From Candidatus Vampirococcus lugosii (GTDB taxonomy: Bacteria > Patescibacteriota > Gracilibacteria > Absconditabacterales > Absconditicoccaceae), in contig NZ_JAEDAM010000058.1 in NCBI RefSeq assembly GCF_018420025.1, positions 1 through 7,315 on the forward strand: a DNA stretch of 7,315 nt, in the 5' to 3' direction. Numbering within the stretch: position 1 is the first letter of the stretch; every line of letters begins with the position of its first letter. Made by a program: the position numbers and the translations under genes. This document shows positions 1 through 6,880 of this stretch, in pieces. A model generated the notes under the pieces. The model made no database searches. It was not told the DNA's origin and saw only the letters and a program-made list of their open reading frames with translations.

Positions 1-1
1 A

Positions 2-949
2 AATGATTGAAAAAATTGATGAACTACTTGAAATTATTTGGTTATTAATAGTGATTTAACAGAAAATGAAGAAATAAATGAAAAAATATCTTGATCTTGA
101 GATTTAAGTGAGGTTGAAAAAGTATCAGATACTTATTTTAAAGAAAGTGGTGGTAGTATTTCAAGTTGAGCAAGTGATGGAGGCTGAGGAAGTGATGAAA
201 TAGATACCCCTATAAATAATCCTTTTAAAGATTTAGAATATAATACTTGAGATGTTATTGAAGTTAATGGAAATAACATTATATATGCTTGAACTCAAAA
301 CCGTGATTGAGAAGAATATATTTTAATGACTTATGATGCTTCAGATTTATGAGATTCTGGTCGATTATTTAAAGATTGAACAAAAGATAAGTGGACTAAA
401 AATGATTGAGATAATTGGAGGTCTTGTAATGTTTATATAGATTGTTGACATATGCGGGGAGGTGCGACTGTTTTTGATGATATGAATAAAAATCCTTATA
501 TTAGATATACTTGATTATTTGTATCAAAAAGTGGTGAACAAGTTTGGTGTGGAGATTCTAGTATTGAGTACTGTAATGATGCTTCAGATTGAGATAAAAA
601 TACTGATGAAATAATTGAATTTTTTTCAAATACAGATAAGTCGGAAGAAATATATCCGAGATATACTGCTGCTGAATTTTGTAGAGATTTAAGAATATGA
701 TGATATAATGATTGGTATTTACCTGCAAGACAGCAATTATCAATTATATCTACTATTTTAGATAAAAATATAAGATATCTTTCTTCTACTGAATTCGCAA
801 ATAACGACCCTAATTCAGGTAATTGGTTATACGAATATAATGAGCTTGGTGGTTTATGGACAAAAAAATCAGTGCCCTGGGATATGAGTAACTGATGACA
901 TGCACTGCTTTGGGATGAGCAGACACTTTGTATTCGTGAAAGTCAATAA
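2..949 (+). CDS. DUF1566 / Lcl C-terminal-like domain protein, probably secreted or surface-exposed (5' end outside window)
   Basis: Frame 2 is open from the window edge to TAA 947-949 when TGA is sense (21 in-frame TGA by hand count). The C-terminal part (about 668-946) reads AAEFCRDLRIGGYNDWYLPARQQLSII...YLSSTEF...NWLYEYNELGGLW...LCIRESQ*. This fits the DUF1566 pattern A-x-x-C...G-x-x-DW-x-LP...L...S[ST]...C-[IV]-R near the C-terminus. Upstream are a Gly/Ser linker SGGSISSGASDGGGGS (146-193) and several Cys. The terminator hairpin follows directly. Confidence 0.65.
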
Positions 950-955
950 GAGTAA

Positions 956-990
956 ACAAAAAAACATTTCTATTAAGAAATGTTTTTTTT
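956..990 (+). terminator. Rho-independent terminator hairpin, A-tract/T-tract flanked and so possibly bidirectional
   Basis: It lies 7 nt after the TAA. The stem is aaaaaaacatttc (958-970), the loop tattaa (971-976), and the return arm gaaatgttttttt (977-989), giving up to 13 bp. The core acatttc/gaaatgt is followed by a run of 8 T (983-990). Only 2 G:C pairs, so it is a weak stem. Confidence 0.55.
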
Positions 991-1225
991 ATGTTTTCGG
1001 GCGAGGACCCTCATCTTTGTAGAACAAAATTTCTAAATTCTTGATTTAGATAAGGATTTGCGAGAAAATAAAAATAGATTTATGTGCTAAACAAATTTAT
1101 ATAATAATTGTAGATTTGATATTTAAAGATTTTGGTTTGCAATTTTTTTTTACATTTTACATATTTTAGATTTTTTTCTCAACTGTTCTTGTTTTGTAAG
1201 ATTAATTTTATTTTTAAATATATAT

Positions 1226-2341
1226 TTAAATTGTTTTTAGATATCAAATTCATCATCATTTAGCTACATTCAATATTTTACTTTCTGAAAATCTTGTTAG
1301 GATTAATCATTCTGAAATAATATCTCAATTTTTTATAAAAAAATGAGGACATACATCAAAATAAACTTCTTTTGATATAATTTTATCTTCTTGAAAAAAA
1401 TTTATTTTATTTTTTTGTGCTTCAACAAACTCTTGTGCAATAAAATTTGTATTTAAATTAGTTTCTATAATTTTTTGCCAATCTGACTGTTTTATATCTT
1501 TTCATATATATATGTTACCTCATTCTATTCAATTTGATGCTTTAATTACATAAAAATCTTTATTTTTAATTATTTTATTTTTATTTTCTTCGTTTACATC
1601 TAACTTTTCCAAAATATACGAATGTTTAATTTCAGATAATAATTCTTTATAACCTAAAGTCCACATATCAAAAGTATTTATAAAATCTATTTTATACTTA
1701 TAAAATTTTTCCCAATTTTTAATACTTAATTTAGAAGTTTCTAAACATCTTCTTATTTTATCTATTTTTATTCATTTATAATAAATTCAATCATCATTAA
1801 AATCTAATTCAGAAAATGTTCATATATTTACATTAAATCAATTTTCTTTCAAGAAAAAATATTCAGTATAATAAGCATCTTTAAAAAAAACTCATTCTGG
1901 ATATAGAATAAAAATTTTTTCATTTTTATCAAAAAACTTTAAAAAATTATTTTTATGTAAATTTTTTTCTTCATTTAATAAAACAGAATATGTATTATCA
2001 TGCATTAATAATCAATCAGGGTAATCAGAGTTTAATTCTATTATTTTTATGTTATTATTTTGATCTAACATACAATCAAATCTTACAACTCAAGTATAGT
2101 TATTTTGAAATAAATTTTGTATTACTCATTCATTATTTTGATTCATAAATTTTATTTTTTTAGATTTATCTATTTTCATAATTTCTTCAAGTATATATTT
2201 ACAATTTTTTATTAATAAATCTGAAATAATATATTCATTAGACATTAACTTATTTGCAATAGGCAATTTAATTTCTCATTTTGATATAGGATAATATAAT
2301 TTCATTTTGGACCAAAAATCTTTATATTTACTATTTGACAT
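1226..2341 (-). CDS. ATP-grasp superfamily enzyme (glutathionylspermidine-synthase-like or circularly permuted ATP-grasp type 2-like), substrate unknown
   Basis: ATG at 2341-2339 is preceded by an in-frame TAA (2350-2348). I checked the frame codon by codon down to TAA at 1228-1226: 371 aa with 18 in-frame TGA. Motifs read: VVRFDCMLDQNNNIKIIELNSDYPDG (R-x-D...E-x-N-x-D-x-P pre-ATP-grasp signature), FYVIKASNGIEGGNIYIG (K-x-x-x-G-x-x-G-x-G-[IV] phosphate loop), FIAQEFV, and C-terminal LTRFSESKILNVAKGGGIGY. Family-level call only. Confidence 0.6.
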
Positions 2342-2377
2342 ATTTATTTAAATTAATTTTTAAAAATTCAACTTCCT

Positions 2378-2407
2378 TATATATAAAGATTTTATTTTTT
2401 TTTTCAA
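2378..2407 (-). promoter_or_regulatory. Candidate sigma70-like promoter for the ATP-grasp gene
   Basis: On the minus strand: TTGAAA (2407-2402), a 16- or 18-nt A/T spacer, then TATATA (2385-2380 or 2383-2378), followed by AGGAAG. The ATG lies about 36 nt downstream. Sequence pattern only, in very AT-rich DNA. Confidence 0.3.
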
Positions 2408-2538
2408 TATTATTATTTTTTACATTACATTTAAATGTATTATTATTTTAAATTTAAACAAAAAATATAAAAAATCACTTGAAAAAAAAATATAATAGAT
2501 TAGATATAATATATATTTTATTTTTTTATATTTTTTGT

Positions 2539-4092
2539 ATGATATACAAAGTAAAAACTATATCAAATATTTGACTTGATTGATATGAAGTAATAATTGA
2601 ATCAGATAGTAATAGATCTTTACCAACTATAGATATAGTTTGATTGCCAGACAATTCTATAAAAGAATCAAAAGAAAGAATTAAATCAACTTTTAGATCT
2701 GTATGAATTGAATTGCCTCCTAGGAAGATTATACTTAATTTATCGCCATCAGATATTAAAAAAATTTGAACAAGATTTGATTTAGCTATGGCAGTTGCTA
2801 TATTATTTTTGACTTATGAAGGAGATTTACAAAATTCAGATTTTATTAAAAATTCTGTTTTTTTCTGAGAACTTGGTTTAGATTGAAATTTAAAATCTAT
2901 AAATTGAGTGTTGCCAGCCGTATTGTATGCAAGGAAAATTTGATATCAAAATTTTTTTGTTCCACAAGAAAATTTATATGAACTTAAATATATAAAATGA
3001 ATAAATATTTATCCAATATTAAATTTTTCTCAAATAGTTGATTTTTTTGTCAAATGAGATATTTTAGATAAAATTATTTGATGAATAAATTTTGATGATT
3101 TATCAAATGATTTAGATAATCTTGAGAATGATTTTGAAAATATTTCATGACATGAATTAGCAAAAAGAGCTTTGACAGTATCAGCTGGTGGATTACATAA
3201 TTCTTTGTTAGTAGGACCTCCTTGAAGTGGTAAAACTATGCTTTGTAAAGCAGTTCAAACAATATTGCCACCTATGAATTTTGATGAAATTTTGGATCTT
3301 AGTCAAATATATTCTGTAATTTGAAAATTAAATAAACATAAACCACTTATTACTTCTAGACAATTTAGAACAGTTCATCATACTGCATCAAAAGTTAGTA
3401 TTATTTGATGATGAAATTTTCTTACTCCATGAGAAGTTAGTTTGGCACATAATTGAATTTTATTTTTTGATGAATTAGCAGAATTTCCTAGAACCGTTTT
3501 GGAAGTACTTAGACAGCCAATAGAAGATAAAATTGTTAATATTTCTAGAGTAAATGGAACTGTTTCTTATCCTGCAAATTTTATGTTTATAGCTTCTATG
3601 AATCCTTGTAAATGTTGATATTATAAAGATATGGAAAAAAATTGTACTTGTTCAATAAATGAAATTAAAAAATATCAATCAAAAATTTCTTGACCTTTAT
3701 TAGATAGATTTGATATGATACTAGAAATACCTAGACAAAAAGTAGAAAAAATAATAAATAATAAAAAAGATGAATTGTCATCAAAAAAAATAAGAAAAAA
3801 TATAGAAAATGCTTGGAAAAATCAACAAAAAAGATTTATCTGATTAGATATAAGTTCTAATTCTCAAATGTCTAGTTCACATATAAATGAATTTATAAAA
3901 CTTGATGATAATAGTAAAAATTTATTGGAAACAGCTAGTAAATCACTAAATTTATCACCTAGAGTGATACATAGAATTATGAAATTATCAAGAACAATAG
4001 CTGATATTGAAAATTCTGAAGATATAAAACAAAAACATTTGGCAGAAAGTTTACAATATAGATCTAAAAATATGTTTGTAGAAAATGAATAA
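2539..4092 (+). CDS. comM: ComM/YifB family Mg-chelatase-like AAA+ ATPase (competence-associated helicase family)
   Basis: 517 aa with 24 in-frame TGA, ending at TAA 4090-4092. The N-terminus [23 protein letters not shown]...IVGLPD is typical of the family. Also present: FGELGLDGNLK; Walker A LLVGPPGSGKTM (3214-3237, TGA at 3223); [29 protein letters not shown] (Walker B, 3403-3480); RQPIEDK; [11 protein letters not shown] (3616 TGA); [10 protein letters not shown]; and a C-terminal [20 protein letters not shown] helix. Track ORF 3868..4092 is the tail of this frame. Confidence 0.93.
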
Positions 4093-4119
4093 ATTTTTAT
4101 TATTTATTCTTAAAATATT

Positions 4120-4695
4120 ATGAAAAAGAAAAAATTTAATTGACAATCAAAAGATGAATATGTTTTATATTTTGCTAGAGAAAATTTTTTAAGATATTTT
4201 TTTAGTAAAATAGCTGATTTTGGTACTATATTTTGAATTTGATTAATATTTATGTTTATTTCATTAGTTTTTAATAAAATTATAGTAGCTATTATTATAG
4301 CCTTGTTTGTTGTTTTTACAACTTTGATTATGTATGTATTTTTATTTTGGCGAAATACATATTTAATTATTACTAATGATAGATTGATAAAATTTTCAAG
4401 AGATGGTATATTCAAAAGTCATATAAGAGAAATAAATATTTATTCTATTCAAGAATGTATTTCAAAATGTTGAGGTTTTATTGATAAAGTATTAAATTGT
4501 TGAAGTGTGACTTTTATAGGTAAAGATTTAAAAATTCAAATATATTTTGATTGAGTAAATTATCCTGAAGAATTAACTATGTATGTAAGTAGATTAAGAG
4601 AATTTATGAAAAATAATTCTGAATATCCTCCCAAAGAAATAACATGTTTTATGCCTAGAAAAATTAGAAAAGAAATAAAAAATAAAAAATTATAA
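4120..4695 (+). CDS. Small membrane protein with two TM helices and a bacterial PH (bPH_2 / YdbS-YdbT-like) domain
   Basis: ATG 4120 lies 27 nt after the comM stop, so co-transcription is likely. 191 aa with 6 in-frame TGA, ending at TAA 4693-4695. It has two hydrophobic stretches, FGTIFGIGLIFMFISLVF and IIVAIIIALFVVFTTLIMYVFLF. These are followed by WRNTYLIITNDRLIKFSRDGIFKSHIREINIYSIQECISKCGGFIDKVLNCGSVTFIG, which matches the Y-x-[IL]-T-x-x-R-[LI] ... G-x-[LV]-x-[IF] layout of membrane-flanked PH domains. Track ORF 4252..4473 is an internal fragment. Confidence 0.55.
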
Positions 4696-5709
4696 TATTG
4701 ACCAATATCATGAATTTGATTCATAAATAAATCATTTAATTTCCAACATAGAAATATTTGTAATTACTTCATCATAACTTAATCATGAATTTACAATAAT
4801 TTCTTTTAGACTAATGTTTTCTTGAGAGATAGATAAATAAATTTTTTTTTCAATTTCATTTAATTCTGATATATTTTTATTATTTTCTTTATTGTTTATA
4901 TATTCTTCATTATTTCATAATTTATCTTGTACAAAATCCTGTATATCAAAAATAGATTCAATAAATCATTTGGAAATATATCTATTAACTCATTTTGAAT
5001 TTTTTTCAAAAATTGAGTTTGGACTTGCAAATACTGGTATATTCATTTTTTTAGCAAAATCTACAGTTATTAAACTACCAGATTTATCTCCTGCTTCAGG
5101 AACAAAAACAAAATCACTAATTCAAGCAATAATTCTATTTCTCTGAGGGAAACTGTAATTAGTTGGTCTCATCTTAATCTTAAATTCTGACAAAATTAAA
5201 CCATTATTTTCCAATATTTTGTTGATAATATTTCTATCACTTGAAGACAAAAAATATCAAATTCATCAACCCAATACAGAAATTGTAGGAATATTATTTT
5301 CAATAGATAAATTATGACATAATTGATCAATTCAACTAGCTAATCAAGAAATAGTAGCTATATTTTTATATCATTTTAATTTATCAAATAATTCTTCAAG
5401 AATTTTTTTTCAATAATTAGACAAATTTCTAGGTCATACTATAGCTATTATTTTGTGTTTATTTAATAATTGAAAATTTCATATAGAATATATTATATGT
5501 GGTGTAGATTTAATTTTTGATAATCTAAAATGAAATGAATCAGTATTTTTAATATGTAAATCAATATTATTATTGTTTACATAATCATAAATTTTATCAA
5601 AATTATATCATAATAAATCTTCTTTTTTTAATTTTGATAATTGAGAAAGAGTTATTTTTTCATCTAAACTATAAAGTAAAGCTTTTTTATAATTAAGGTC
5701 AAAATTCAT
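4690..5709 (-). CDS. dprA: DNA processing protein DprA/Smf (recombination mediator loading RecA on incoming ssDNA)
   Basis: ATG at 5709-5707 with an upstream in-frame TAA (5727-5725). I verified the frame to TAA at 4692-4690: 339 aa with 17 in-frame TGA. Motifs read: IAIVGPRNLSNYG; ATISGLASGIDQLCH; IPTISVLGGGIGY; SEF...PTNYSFPQRNRIIAGISDFVFVPEAGDKSGSLITVDFAKKMNIPVFASP. The C-terminal winged-helix-like tail reads EKKIYLSISQENISLKEIIVNSGLSYDEVITNISMLEIKGFIYE. Confidence 0.9.
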
Positions 5710-5752
5710 TTTTAAAGTCAAATATTATTTTTTTGTAAAATGTAATAAATTA

Positions 5753-6670
5753 TTATTTAGATATTTTATATTTTTCAGCTCATATGAATATTTCTCAATT
5801 AATTATTTTTAATATAGATCTTTCATTTTCAAATTCTCATATTTTTTTTCCAAAACTGTAATCTATATCTATTACTTTCAATTTATCAAATCTATCTACT
5901 AATCCACCAAATCAATTGTGTCAATTTATAATAGTATCTATTCAGATATCATAGATATTATTGTATATATATTCTTTTTCATAATTAGGTAAATTTCTTC
6001 TTCTATTTCATAATAAAAATATATTTGATATATAAAAAAATTCTTTCATTAAAGAGTTATTAATAGGTTTTTCTTCATGAATTAAAGATGCAACTCATTT
6101 ATTAAAAATACCATTTATATAGTCAATTCATTTATCCAAAATTATATTCAAAATTTCATAGGTTGGATTTGTATGAATAAATAATATGGATCAACTTCTA
6201 TATACTAATTTATAAGTTTTTATTATTTCAATTAAATTTTTTCATTTATCAGAATTTTTCATATTATATATAATATTTTTACTGTCATTTCTAAGTTTAT
6301 CAAAATCATTACAATTTTGAAAATCATCACTTGCAAATTTTTTAAATTCTATCAATCATTTAAATGTTCATTTATAACTTGTATATTCAGATTTTGTAAA
6401 TAAATAAAGCAATGCCTTGTAATCATGATTTCCAGAAATTAATTGAATTTGACAATTATTTTTTTCAGCATTTTTTTTTATTTCTCTAATTTTAAGTAAA
6501 ATATCAATTCAATTAGTATGTCTATCAGCTAATATATCTCACAAAAAAATACATATACAGTTTTTTCATATCCATTTTCATTTGTCATCTATTAAAGATA
6601 ATGATTTTAAATTTTCATAATATGCATTTAAATTTCAATGTAAATCTCATATTACATAAATATCACTCAT
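5753..6670 (-). CDS. Calcineurin-like metallophosphoesterase (PPP family, ApaH/PrpE-like)
   Basis: ATG at 6670-6668. I verified the frame to TAA at 5755-5753: 305 aa with 19 in-frame TGA. The canonical motif series is present. It comprises IYVIGDLHGN (6635-6649, both Gly are TGA), IFLGDILADRHTNG (GD-x-x-DR-like), LISGNHD, LFIHTNP, and INGHNGFGG. It lies 43 nt upstream of dprA on the same strand. Confidence 0.8.
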
Positions 6671-6707
6671 ATACAAAATTAACTTTAAAAAAATTAAATA
6701 TTTCCTA

Positions 6708-6736
6708 TATATAATTATTTTTGATATACATTGCAA
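6708..6736 (-). promoter_or_regulatory. Candidate sigma70-like promoter for the metallophosphoesterase-dprA unit
   Basis: On the minus strand: TTGCAA (6736-6731), a 17-nt spacer, then TATATA (6713-6708), followed by TAGGAAA. The ATG is 37 nt downstream of the -10 box. Pattern only. Confidence 0.35.
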
Positions 6737-6802
6737 GTAATTTTTTATTATTTACTAAAAAGTAGTTAAGAATTTAAAAAAATTATTTATATATAGTTAA
6801 AT

Positions 6803-6830
6803 TTGACATATATTAAATATTATTTATAAT
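6803..6830 (+). promoter_or_regulatory. Candidate sigma70 promoter for the gene starting at 6881
   Basis: Perfect consensus hexamers: TTGACA (6803-6808), a 16-nt spacer, TATAAT (6825-6830), 50 nt upstream of ATG 6881. The TTGACA hexamer, with its G and C, stands out in this AT-only spacer. Confidence 0.45.
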
Positions 6831-6880
6831 TATTTTATATATTAAATATATATTTAAATTCTAATTAAAATATAAACAAA

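Noticed and set aside
558-743. Track ORF (61 aa, minus strand)
   Set aside because: It lies antisense inside the DUF1566 coding frame. Its Ile/Tyr/Leu/Gln low-complexity product is typical of a chance open frame in AT-rich DNA.
991-1053. 20-codon ORF (MFSGEDPHLCRTKFLNSGFR under table 25) across the GC-rich patch
   Set aside because: It is too short, has no promoter or RBS context, starts inside the terminator T-run and has no recognisable motif. I kept it only as part of the unexplained-spacer finding.
2479-2510. comM promoter candidate: TTGAAA (2479-2484) with TATAAT at 2491-2496 or 2505-2510
   Set aside because: The spacing is 6 nt to the first TATAAT and 20 nt to the second, and neither fits the 16-18 nt window. 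A comM promoter must exist in 2342-2538, but I cannot place it confidently.
4110-4415. Track ORF (101 aa, minus strand)
   Set aside because: It is antisense to the bPH_2 membrane-protein gene (4120..4695), whose frame has a recognisable TM-TM-PH architecture. The antisense product is an Ile/Asn/Lys-rich low-complexity sequence with no motif.
4842-4850. Long homopolymer runs, for example T9 inside dprA at 4842-4850, T10 at 2395-2404 and A9 at 2482-2490, as possible phase-variation switches
   Set aside because: Runs of this length are a normal by-product of extreme AT content and Lys/Phe-rich coding. All coding frames are intact, and nothing suggests slipped-strand ON/OFF variants in a single sequence.
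4892-5146. Track ORF (84 aa, plus strand)
   Set aside because: It is antisense to the conserved core of dprA (SEF...FPQRNRIIAG...SGSLIT), so it is a shadow ORF.
6808-6857. 13-nt direct repeat atatattaaatat (6808-6820 and 6837-6849) flanking the -10 box, and the 16-bp palindrome ttaaatatatatttaa (6842-6857)
   Set aside because: Both consist only of A/T in a spacer that is almost entirely A/T. Matches of this length are expected by chance, so I do not call them operators.
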